Assembly: GCA_016748015.1 (NCBI GenBank)
Contig: JAAOMT010000590.1
Span: forward strand, 553,912-617,911
Direction: 5' to 3'
From: Geosiphon pyriformis uo1
Taxonomy: Eukaryota > Fungi > Glomeromycota
DNA: 64,000 bases
Part shown: piece by piece, positions 40,872 through 52,088 of the stretch
How positions within the stretch are numbered: position 1 is the first letter of the stretch
How the letters are laid out: every line of letters begins with the position of its first letter
Position numbers and translations under genes: made by a program
Notes under the pieces: generated by a model
Database searches by the model: none
Told to the model about the DNA's origin: nothing
Seen by the model: only the letters and a program-made list of their open reading frames with translations

Positions 40872-41545
40872 TTAATATTGAGCTCCGTCAAAATCTAACT
40901 CCTGTAATTCTCCCTCTTGAAGTATTTCCTGGATTTCATTTTTGAGAATTACTTGTGTTATTTGGGTCTGTAATTTTTCAAATTGAGCATTGGTGATTTT
41001 TTCCAATTGATTACCATATTCATTGCTTTATTGAGCAATATTTCTGGTTTATCTTGAAATGTGGTGTGTATTCAGTATATGGCTCGGGCTTGTGTGGATA
41101 AGTTGTTCTTTCTCACAAAATGTTCTAATTGTTGTAGTGTTCTTTTGTCAAATAATCACTTTGTTTTATCCGTATATAGATTCTGGATATTTACGTGTTG
41201 TCTCAAGTAAAAATAACAATAGTTTTGTGGAAATTGTTGTATCCACCAATTCCAAGTTTCTTTAGTCAACTCTTAATATAGTGACTCTTTTGTCAATTCT
41301 TTTATTGCCAATTTTACTTTTGCCATGATTTTGTTCACAGTATTTTTAGTTTTTTTCTGTGTTCTGAGTTGAAATGTCTTTCTAGTATCTTGATATCAAA
41401 TGGTTTGTTGATTGATTGTAATCTCCATTTCCTGGTGTTGGATTAATTGAAAGAGTTGTTGTGCTAGTGAGTAAATGTTGTCTGTAATTTCCATTTTTCT
41501 GATATTTCCTGTCGCGTCTACCATGTCTTTATATATTCTTTTGAT
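40872..41545 (-). pseudogene. Decayed extra ORF (ORF3, about 220 codons) between integrase and PPT
   Basis: Stitched frames read ...KELTKESLY*ELTKETWNWWIQQFPQNY...LSTQARAIY*IHTTFQDKPE.../EKITNAQFEKLQ...ELDFDGAQY*. The stop overlaps the PPT. Confidence 0.55.
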
Positions 41546-41548
41546 GGA

Positions 41549-42931
41549 TCAATTTAACATGTTGTTGTTGATAATAATAATTGGTTCCTGATCTTGTGGA
41601 ATCTCATCTGGTTGGACTAGTATTCTCTGTACTCTTAATTGTGAAATATTACTGGTAGATGGTAGTGTGATGTTGTGATATGGTTTCAGTCGATCTCCAT
41701 GTGCTGCTTTGGTTAAAATTTTGTTATCCAATCTTAATTTGTAAACTCTATTTCCTAGAATTTTTTCTATGTGAAATAGTCTGTCCCATTTGGGGTCAAA
41801 TTTTCCACTCCATTGTTTTTCCGCTTTGGTACGATATAGTAATACTTTGTCTCCGATCTTGAATTCAACTGGTTTGTCTGGTAGTTGACTATCGTGTCTT
41901 TCTTTCTGTGTTTTTTGTGATTTTTGAATATTATTAGCTGCTCTTTTTCGTTTGTTTTCCAATGTTTCCATTAAGTCATATGTTTTTCTCAGCAATGTTT
42001 CTTGAAAATTTTCCTCTGTTATTGGTTTAGCTGGATATGTATTAATTTCTCTCTCTACTGGTAACGTTGCTATTCTTCCATATACTAATTCAAATGGTGT
42101 TGCTTGTATAGTATCTTGTTTTGTTGTCTGATAAGCAAATAGTACTAATGGTATAAACAAATCCCAATCATTCTGGTTTTCTTGGCTAAGCTTGGCTATT
42201 GCTTCACACAATGTTCTGTTGAATCTTTCTATTAATCCATTGGTTTGTGGATGGTATGGTGATAATAATGGTCTCTTGATTCTGAATCTTTGGCTCAATT
42301 CTGTTAATGTTCTGTTCACAAAATGAGTTCCTTGGTCTGATAATAATTCTTTTGGACATCCATGTCGACAAATTAAATCCTGATGAATGAATTCGGCAAC
42401 AAATTCTGCATCTGCTTTTTGAATTGCTTTCGCCTCTGGCCATTTAGTGAGATAGTCCATAGCTACTGCTATGTATCTGTTTCCTCTGCTGGTGATTGTT
42501 AATGGTCCTACTAAATCAATTCCCATATGGTCAAATGATTGTCCCACTTTGATTGGTTTTAATGGTTCACTGGGTCTTGTTCTTCCTCTTCGCTGACAAG
42601 CATCACAATTTTGAACATATTGAATGATGTCTGGATACATTGATGGCCAATAGTATCTTTTTTTAGTTCTCTTCATGGTTGCTTCTTTGTGAAAATGTTC
42701 TGCTGTTGGATTTGAGTGCATGTTGAATAATATTGTCTCTTTTTCTGGCTCTGTAATTACTCTGGTTGGTTGATCTGGATCTCTTCTATTTTTCTAATAA
42801 AGTATATTTTGGTGGGTGATAAAATATTTTGATTGTTGTTTGATACTCCTTCGTTCCATATAAAATAAATTCTCCTTGAACTGTTGAGTATTTAGATAAT
42901 GTTGCAATTGTTGATATTTTTGTATGTTCAT
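41549..42931 (-). pseudogene. Gypsy integrase (HHCC, DDE core, GPY/F-like tail, no chromodomain seen)
   Basis: H-x6-H...CDAC, GIDLVGP, LSDQGTHF, YHPQTNGLIERFN, KFDPKWD. Confidence 0.95.
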
Positions 42932-42994
42932 CTTTTGTTGTATTTTTTCATTGGTATTGTTCTGGTTTTATTATATTTTTGGGTTGAAATGTTC

Positions 42995-44300
42995 TTAGAT
43001 TTGTCTTATTTGCAATAAACCATCAGCATTTCCATTGTCTTTTTCCTTTTTGTAATGTATAGTATAATTGTATAGTGTGAGTGCCATTTTCCATCTTGCC
43101 TGTCTTCCATCTCCAAATTCTTGTTTTTGGAGTGATGTTAATCCCTTGTGATTTGTGTATACTTCAAACTTCTGGCTCAAGTATTCTTTCCATTTCATGA
43201 CGACCCAGTATATTGCTAAGTGTTTTTGTTCTGGTGTTTCATAGTTCTTTTTGGCTGGTGTTAAACCTCTGCTGGCATATGCTACTGGATGTTCTCTGCC
43301 ATCCAGTTCTCTCTGAGATAATACTGCTCCCAATGTTTGGCTGAATGCATCGGTGGTGATGATGAATGGTTTGCTGTAATCTGGATAGATCAGTACTGGA
43401 GCTTGGATGAGCTTTTTCCTCAGAATATCAAAAGCTTCTTGTTGACTTTCTGTCCATTCATATTTCACATTTTTGTTTTATAGTTGATTGAGTGACTGCG
43501 CTATCTTGGAAAAGTTCTTGATAAAACGATGATAGTAGCTAGCAAATCCCAAAAATGATTTTAGTTCTGTTATATTGGTCGGCACTGAAGTTTTTTACTA
43601 TCTCTATTTTCTCTGGATCCGTTTTGATGCCATTTTTGCTGACTATGTGTTCCAAGAATTTGAGTTCTGTCTTATCAAAGAAGCATTTTGTCGCATTCAA
43701 CTTCAGTTCTGCCCTTTTCAGTCTTTCGAACACTTGTTGAAGATGATGAAGATAATCATCAAACGTCTTTGAGAATACATTGGTGTCATCCAAGTATACA
43801 ACTACTGATTTCCACAATAAGCCAGTATAAACAATTTCCATTAGCCATTGGAAAGTTGCTGGGGCATTGGTTAAGCCAAATGGCATCACTTCAAATTCAA
43901 AATTCCTTTCTCTAGTAGTAAATGCTGTCTTCTCTTTGTCAGCTAGATTCATGGATACTTGCCAGTAACTGCTGTCCAAATTTAATGTTAAGAACTATTT
44001 GTTCCCACCGAAAGCATCAAATAATTCCTGTATTTGTGGAGTTGGATAACTGTCTCCACGAGTTACACCATTGAGTTTCCTGTAGTCTACACAAAACCGG
44101 ATTTTTCTATTTTTCTTATAGACGAGTACCACTGGTGACAACTATGGGCTCATTGATGGTTGAATTAGCCTGTTGTCAAGCATTTTGTTTATCTCTTGAC
44201 AAATAATCTCGTGGCTGGCTGGCAGCACTCTGTATGCTCTTTGTTTGATTGACATTGCATTTCCAGTCTTGATCTGATGCTGAATGATGTCAGTTCAGCC
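42995..44300 (-). pseudogene. Gypsy reverse transcriptase and RNase H
   Basis: RFCVDYRKLN, YWQV, MPFGLTNAPATFQ, VYLDD, TTDAFSQTLGAVLSQ, YTNHK, NADGL. One frameshift near 43585. Confidence 0.95.
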
Positions 44301-44825
44301 AAACTCATTTTCGCTAGCAAAGATGTTGTTGAAATTGTTGAGTAACATCTTGAGCTGCATACATTGAAGTGGATCTAAGTTTCCCATGTTCATTTGTTCT
44401 AATTGTTCTGGTTGGAGCAAATAACATTTGTCTTGTCCATAAATTGTCTGTGATGTAATGTCAACATATCCACAAAGTTGTGGAAAGTCTGGAATGGAGT
44501 TTGGTGGTTGGTCTTCTATTTCTATGGTTAGATATCTGATGGTGATTCCTTCTGGTATGTTGATGACATTATCAGTGTTGTTGTAAATGGGAATTTTTAT
44601 GCTGCTATAGCTTTTGGCTGGTATGTGGAGATTGATCAACCCAAACTCTCCTGATTCACAAAGGGTTGCTTCCACTTCAAAAATCTGTTCTTGCTCCTTT
44701 TCCTTCCTTTCTATTGCTAACATGTACTGGCTATATGGTGGAATGGAAATAGCTTGACCAATTGAGATAATTTCTTCTTGGCCAACAATTTCTTTCTCTG
44801 CCATGTTAACTGGTACATCTATTCT

Positions 44826-45218
44826 ATCTGTGGATCCGAATCTCTGTATTCCTCTCGCTGTTATTCCTAATTCCTCTCTCTTTCCCACTAATACTAACTG
44901 AGCTATTCTAACCAGAGGCAGGAATATTGCCTGTGCTATCTTTTCATTGAGCTCTATTATATAGGCCTTTTCTGAGTCATTTTGTAGCATAGCAATGATA
45001 TTTCTTACATATTCTGCATCAATTATTCCTCCTCTTATATTAATTCCTCTTTTCGCTAAACTACTCCTAGATACTAATTGAACCATTGTTGTTGCCGGAA
45101 TTTCTAGTGCTATTTTCAGATCAATGCAGATGCATGAATGTGGTTCCAATTTGATGGCATTTTTTCTTGGATATCTCAGATCAAACCCTGCATTAGTATC
45201 ATGTACACGTTCTGGCAT
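44826..45218 (-). pseudogene. dut: Trimeric-type dUTPase domain within the polyprotein
   Basis: All five motifs in order: AGFDL, SRSSL, GIIDAEYVRNI, EKIAQAIF, RGIQRFGST. The Gly losses are explicable by G>A changes. Confidence 0.92.
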
Positions 45219-46479
45219 AATACTTTCTCCATTGTCACTATACTATTTCAACTCTTGTTCCTTGGAGAAATCTGGTAGTGCAATGTATTGTTCATAGTTT
45301 AAATCGGAGTTTGTATCTGAGTTGAAATCATTGTCATTGTTATTGCCATTTTGAATGGAGCTTGAACCATTATTGTCATCATCCTTGTCGAAGTTTGAAT
45401 CGCAATTGATCGGCAATTCTGATTCTGATGCGCAGCTGCTGATTGGTTCTTTTTCTTCCGGGATTGTATAAATCATGCGTGGTGGTAGATTGTAAATGAA
45501 GTCACTCATTGCAATACTGGACGTCACAGGAAATTAGGCAGTGATGACATAGTCGAGCATTCAACTACTCTAACCGTTGTTCTTGTTCTTTCCTTGTGAG
45601 TGCTAATTCTTGGTAGTGTTCATGGAATTGTTCTGGATCCAGAAGATTTATGATGAGTTCTGCATCCCAGTCAAGCTTTAAAGGTTCTGGGGGGTTGTCT
45701 TTGATTGTTTTTATCTCTTCTGGTATCGCTCCTTCGATTTTTGCAAGTGCTATTTACCAAATTTCATTGTCATCATGTGGACAACTGTCTAGTTGCTGCA
45801 CGGCTCTTCTCTAGGCTGCTTCTATTGAGGTTCTTTTCCTTACTCAGTCACTTATTAGAATTGTGTATTGACATGACACGTCACACATTTCTCCCTGTCC
45901 TGGGATGTCATTTCACATCCTTTCATCTAGCAGAGTCTCCCCACAAGTGAGACAAGATTGGTTATCCTATTTTTCTTGCCTTTTTGGTTATCCGAAGTGT
46001 TCGAGTAAGCATAGATGACAGTAAAATTTTGTTGTGGTGTGATATTTTTCATCATCACCACAGCATGCACCCATTGACGACAATTTCTTGCCACAATCGA
46101 CGCATATAAGCTTAGGTCAACAATAGGTAGATTGTTGTGGAATAGTGTAGGTATTATGATAAGTGGTAATGGTTTGGGTGGTCTCTTCTTCTTTCTCTTT
46201 TCCTTTATTTTCTTTGTCCTTTTTCTATTCTCAGCTTGAAGTCGGTTCGCTCTCATTGTTGTCGGTCCATGTTAGATCATCAGTTTTCCAGGTAAGTTCT
46301 TCCTTTTGTTTCTCTTTTTTCTTGTTGCTGTTGTCTCAGGAGAGTATTGGCAGTAGTTCGTTGTGTTTTTTGTCAGCCCACGATACTTGGTAGGCTTCCC
46401 AGGTAGGCTTTTTTTTCTCCTCCTCCAGTTCGATCAATAGTTTCTCTCTTGGAGGCGTTTTAAAATGGCCACACGTGGT

Positions 46480-46840
46480 CAGGACACGTATGTGTTGGCC
46501 TTGATACGTTAGCTGGAGTTCTTGGGTGTTCCAGTCTAATGTTGCATTGACTTTGGATAGCCAGTCATTACCAACAAGAGCTTGGTATTGAGTGGCTTCC
46601 ATTACTAGAACTTTAATGAAAGTCATGATGCCATTGACTTCAAAAGGAAACTCGTCAATTTCACTGATTGGAGTTTTGGTCGCTCCATCGGCTGTGATGA
46701 TTCTGGCACTGGCAGCTCAATCAACTCGGCAACCTAATTGATCCATGAGTTGTCATGTAATTATGTTGCCAGCTAATCCACTATCTAGGATGAGTTTGAT
46801 GGGGTGACTATCAACTCTGGCATCTGTGTACATTGCTGTT
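46480..46840 (-). pseudogene. Gypsy aspartic protease
   Basis: IKLILDSGLAG...ITADG...ALVGNDWL. Confidence 0.9.
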
Positions 46841-47145
46841 ATAAGTTTCTCTTTGAGAGTGGCTCCACTGAATAATGGAATTGGTGTGTTTTCTTCAAGT
46901 TCGAAAGAAAAGATGGCTGCTAGGAATTTGTCGTTAGAGATGGTTGCCAGTGGAATTGTGTTGATAGGTACGTGCTGATTGGATTCTGTGTTGTTAGATG
47001 TAGCATTTTCTGGGGTAACCAGGAGACTTAAATAATGTTGGGAATTTGGGTTTTGGATGCGATTGGTATCCAAATTCCGGGTGCATGATCTTGATGGTGG
47101 GTCTAGTGAACGGGGAATCAGTTGGTGAACAATCATCGCCAATCT

Positions 47146-49212
47146 TCAGTTTTGAGTGACTCTGGATTGAGGGTTGTCTGATGTCATTTGAGCTGGGTTC
47201 TGGTGCAGTGTTTGAATTGGTTGGGGTTGATAGATAATTTGTGGCTGTGGTTGATATATTATTTGTGGCTGCGGCTGATAAATCGGAGGTTGATATACTG
47301 GTGGTTGATAGATTGGTTGCTGCGTCATTGGCAGATAATTATTCCAATATTGGTCTTGACTTTGATTTGGATAATGCTTTGGAGTTTGGAACTGGCAATC
47401 GGGATTTCGATATTGATTTCCCGATTGTTAGTTATTTAAACACTGGTGACAGTCAATTTGGATATGTCTTTGGTTACCACAATAGTGGCAGATATGCATT
47501 TTCTGTTGCCACTGTTGATTGGTTGATGAAGATGGATGCGGTTGATTTTGGCCACAATTAGGATGTCCTTGGTTATTGTGTCATTGTGGAGGCTGATAAA
47601 TGGTGTGATTGTTAGTTAAGTATCCTTTCAATCTCTTATTGATTGATTCACTGAACTTCTCCAATTTAGAATCCAATTCAGATGATCTGTTCATTACTAG
47701 ATTAATGGCTTGGGTATGGTTAGCCTCTGACTCAGTGGATTCAAAATCATTGGCGCATGTGACTGCATCTTGAAGCATGCCAGAATGCAATAGACGTATA
47801 TGTTGCAAGATGCTGCTGCATAGGCCATGGATAAACTGGTTGAGTATCTGTGGTGCTGTGAAATAGTCGTTGTCAATTGCTTGAATTTGGCGCAAGTTTC
47901 GATGGAAGCATCCCAGATAAGTGGTGACTGCTTTGGTTTTTCCTTGTTTCATGGTGGTAAATGCATTGACTAAGCAATTGATGCTGTTATTGTTGCTGAA
48001 GTATCTTAGGAATTCCACTTTGAAGGCATTAAAATCTTGTGGTTTATTAATCAAGCTCTGGTACCATGAATTGGCGGTATTCTTTAGAAAGTAGAGAATG
48101 GCTTGCATTGCTCGAGCATTATTCCATCCATTGGCTGCAATGGTTTTTTCTACATCATTCAGCCATATTTGAGCATCATCCTCTTCACCCATAAAGTTGT
48201 CAAGTTTTGCAATTGGTGCATAGGCCATTGGATCTAAGTTAGGTGGTTGGGGTAACTGTTGAAGCAGTTGTTGTTGTCCTGGCTGTTGGGATGGTAGCTG
48301 AAGTAGCTGCTGTATGGGTTTGGCTATGGGGTTAATCGGCAGTTGATCGATAACAATTACTGAAGGTAAGTTTTGCTGATTAATTAATTCGGGTTTTTGA
48401 TTTTTTGGATTTGGTGGCATTCGAATATTCAGAGTTTTGATTTCCAGATTTTCTAACTGTTGCTAAGTTTGAATGTCTGGGGTTTCAACTTCTGGGTTTT
48501 CAGGGATCAGATGTAGGTAAGTGAATTCTTGATTCTCTGATTCTTCTTCCTCCTTTTCTAATTCTGCTGCTTCCCACAGATCAGAGATTCTGAAATCTGG
48601 TGGAGATGGTGGTGATCGAAGTCCTGATGGGGTTGATGATCACAAATTAAATCCCTCAAAGTATTCACCATATGGTCCTAACAATTCTGTTTTCCTTTGT
48701 CTACTTTGGAATGGGAATTGTCCAAATGCTGATGTTACAGTTGATGAAAACGCGTCAGTTGATAATATGTTGATGGCGCTTCCAGATGTATAGTGATATG
48801 ATGGGTTACTTGGGAATTCAACTCTGTTTTTCTTCCAAGCAGGTGGCTGTATTTTTTGGGGTGTTACTGCTGGTGTTTGTAATTTTCTCTTGCCTTTACT
48901 AGTATATGTAATTGGATATCTTTGTTGAGTGTGATGTTCAATTTCTTTGTTGATCTTAGTGATGATAGATGCAAAATTATGGTTTGTTGGTAGGTTAGTG
49001 TTTTGAATTAATTTCTTATAGAAAGTTTTTCTTGCTGATTCAGTGTTCATTGGTGTTCCTAATAAAAAAGAAATCTTTTTGTTGATGTAGAAATTGAAGG
49101 CTGATTTGGCAGATATATGATTGTGGTTTAATCCCAAGTATTGACAATAGTGTTGAAATAAGAATTTTGCGAATTCTAAATGGTTTGCTCCTATAATTTC
49201 TGATTCTGCCAC
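47146..49212 (-). pseudogene. Gypsy gag: long N-terminal extension, capsid domain, CCHC knuckle, QP-rich repeats
   Basis: Capsid-like AQIWL...ANSWY...FLRYF...MKQG...FIHGL. Knuckle CHYCGNQRHIQIDC at about 47449-47490. YQPPxYQPQPQ repeats. Same frame as the protease. Confidence 0.9.
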
Positions 49213-49254
49213 TTTTGGTTTGGTGTTGTTGGTACTGGTTCTCTGTAGGATTAT

Positions 49255-49272
49255 ACCTCACAGGGAGCACCA
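49255..49272 (-). promoter_or_regulatory. Primer-binding site TGGTGCTCCCTGTGAGGT
   Basis: Starts 2 nt after the 5' LTR with TGG (complement of CCA). The same site is at 52070-52086 and, eroded, at 34442-34458. Confidence 0.9.
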
Positions 49273-49274
49273 AA

Positions 49275-50159
49275 TGTTACAGGTAATTATTTCTACTGTT
49301 GAATTAAATAACAAATCTGTAACTTGGTGCTTAAAAGCTACTTCCATTGAGGCTGTTCTGAAGGTGCTGTATCTGAAGGTTTTAATGGATCTGAAGGTTT
49401 TGGTTGAATCCTTTATATAATGGACAGAGATTCAATAGTGTCAATAGTAGATATATTTTCCAAGAGTTTTCTCAATTTCTTTTTCAGCATGGTGGCCAGA
49501 TTTAGTCTGGCAGTCATGCTTTTCTGGTAAGCTATCTGATAATATATAAAATCTTACCCATATTTCTGGGTCTTTTACCAGGCTATCCTTGACGTCAATA
49601 ACTCAGCGCTTAATCTTTTATCAATTAGTATATAACAACAAATCAAAATAAAATAAAAAAAAAGAAATAAAAGAAAATAAAGAAAGCAAAGAAATAAGCC
49701 AAGGTGATTTGCAAATTAGTATCCCGTCAATAGCCGTGATTAAGAGCTATTGTTCCAGCATGGTTAAGTATCAATTACTATCAACATGAAGAGTTGATAG
49801 TGGGGAAGTAGATGGAGATATAAAAATAATTATTTTATTTGATGATTGCGTTTCTAGGCTAAGAATTCTGTGGTATCAATTCTGTCTTTTCTGTTTCTAA
49901 CACTACTGCTATATATACATAATTGAGATTCCTCAATTCCTCGATTCTTTACAACAGGAATCCTGGAATTTCCGGAATCCTGCAATTCATTTGAGAGGAA
50001 TCCTGAAATTTTGGAATCTTGCAATTCCTCATTGAGAATCCTGAAATTTCTGGAATCCTGCAATTCCTGAGAAGAATCCTGGAATTTTACATTTACTACG
50101 CTTACTTCTGATTGGCTAATAATTATGCTAATATATTTTCTATATTTCTATAAGTAACA
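49275..50159 (-). repeat. 5' LTR of the dUTPase Gypsy
   Basis: TG...CA termini, adjacent PBS. Confidence 0.97.
49910..50117 (-). promoter_or_regulatory. Putative U3 promoter: CCAAT box, tandem repeat array, TATA box
   Basis: Minus strand has AGCCAATCAG (50117-50108), 34-39 bp GGAATCCTG/GGAATTCCT repeats (49957-50086) and TATATATA (49917-49910). The order is the same in all related LTRs. Confidence 0.6.
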
Positions 50160-52088
50160 ATATGGTGGCTGGTAATCCTTCTGGTAAGCTATTCTCAAAT
50201 TTATGAGTGTTCTACCCTTGTTTTACGGGTCTTTTACCAGTCTCTATAATGTCTGTATCTTAACACTTAATCCTTTTAATTAATTAGTAAATAACAACAA
50301 AGCAAAAAATAAAAATAAAAAAAAAATAAAAAAATAAGAAATAAGCCAAGGCAATAATAGTTAATATTCTATTAATAGCTATAATCAAGAGCTATTGTTC
50401 CAGTATGGTTAAGTATCAATTACTATCAACATTTCATGTTGATAGTGGAGAGTAGATTTAAGATAGAGAATAATTATTTATTGATATTTTTAAATAGAAG
50501 GTTGCTTAGATCAAATTTAAACTAAGAGGTCCATAACTAAAGAATTCTAATAATTATAACTTGTAAGTCTAATTAACTCTAAGAGTCCTACTGACTCTGG
50601 AAGTCTAATTTTCTAGCTTCTGATATTACTGCTATATATACATAAATTTTATTGTATGAAATTCCTTGAATTTCCTCAATTTTCTAGCCAGAAATCTTGA
50701 AATTCTTGGAATCTTGCAATTCTTTTGAGAAGAATTCTGAAATTCTGGAATTCTGCAATTTCTCATATGAGAATCCTGAAATTCTTGAAATCCTGCAATT
50801 TTTTTGAGAGAAATCCTGAAATTCTACTTTTACTACATTTATTTTGATTGGTTAATTTATATACTAATATTTAATTCCTATATTTTATGAGTAACATTAT
50901 TTCCTTCTTTAATATTGAGCTCCTGCAAAATTTTCTAAATTTCTTTTTTGTATTAATGTTGTTGCTGTAATTTTTATTGCTATTTGTAAATTTAATTTTA
51001 TACATGACTAAAGTTTTTAACTATAGTGGTCTGTCCAGAATATCAATTTCAAATCTTGTATCTGTATTATGTGCATGTTTACACATAATGTCTTCATTAT
51101 TATTACTGAATTAAGTTAATTCCTGTTCCATTGTAAGATCTAAAAGTGTAATATATTGTTTAGTGTTTGAAGTGGAGTTTGAATTTGTTGTTGGTGGAGT
51201 TTAAATTGTTATTGTCATTAGCAGAGTTTGAATCATTGTCATTATTGGTGGAGTTTGAATTAAGATTAAGTTCCAATTTCAATTTTCATTTGTTCTTGCT
51301 AATTGGCTTTTTTTCGAATATATAATACATAAGAGTAGATTGTAACTTGGGCTATCAAGTGAGTTTTGATAATTTGTTGATCAATTTTGGTACTACTGAT
51401 TCTCAAATTTCTTTTTCTTCTCTAAGTCTTTTTTGTATTGACACTTTCCTAATGCTAACTTTTGGCATGGAAGAAGACAATCTTTGCACAGGTAAGTATG
51501 AATTTGAGTAGTTTTTTTTTGGAATTCTTCCAATAGGTTTTTAAATAATCGGAGTTTTGAATTTCTAGAGATTTGACGGATTTTATCTGAGGTAAGTTTT
51601 CTTCTACACTAATGGAGTTGGAATTTATTAGGTTTCAAATGTTCAGGTTTTGAACTATCAGGTCTTGAAGAATTAGAGTTTTAATGAGTTTTTATTGAAG
51701 ATAAGTTTCTTTATATGATAGTAGGATTGGAATTATCGGGTTTTAAATAATTTTTGGAGTTTTTTAATTTAACAAGTTTATTAAAGATAAGTTTTTTATA
51801 CAATAGTGGGGTTGAAATTATCAGGTTTCGAATAAACAGAGTTTTAATTTAACAAGTTTTTTTTTTAATGAGTTTATCAATGGTAATTTTCGAATGTTTG
51901 AGGTTTTAATAATCGAATTTTGAATGATCAGAGTTTCAATTTAATGAGTTTTTCAAAGATAATGATAAAAATAAAGATTTTGTGAATCCTAAGTAATTTT
52001 CTCTTGTTTTTTCTTGGTCTGCCACTTTTGGATAATTGTTGATTGGTGCTGGTTCTCTGTAGGATTATATCTCACAGGGAGCATCAAA

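Larger units (their letters stand above)
39973..50159 (-). mobile_element. Full-length 10.2 kb Ty3/Gypsy retrotransposon with dUTPase (innermost level of the nest), inactivated
   Basis: 885-bp LTRs at 39973-40857 and 49275-50159 (about 94% identical by hand count), PBS 49255-49272, PPT 40861-40873, 4-bp TSD ATGT/ATAT (one mismatch). Domain order gag-PR-dUTPase-RT-RH-IN. Confidence 0.97.
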
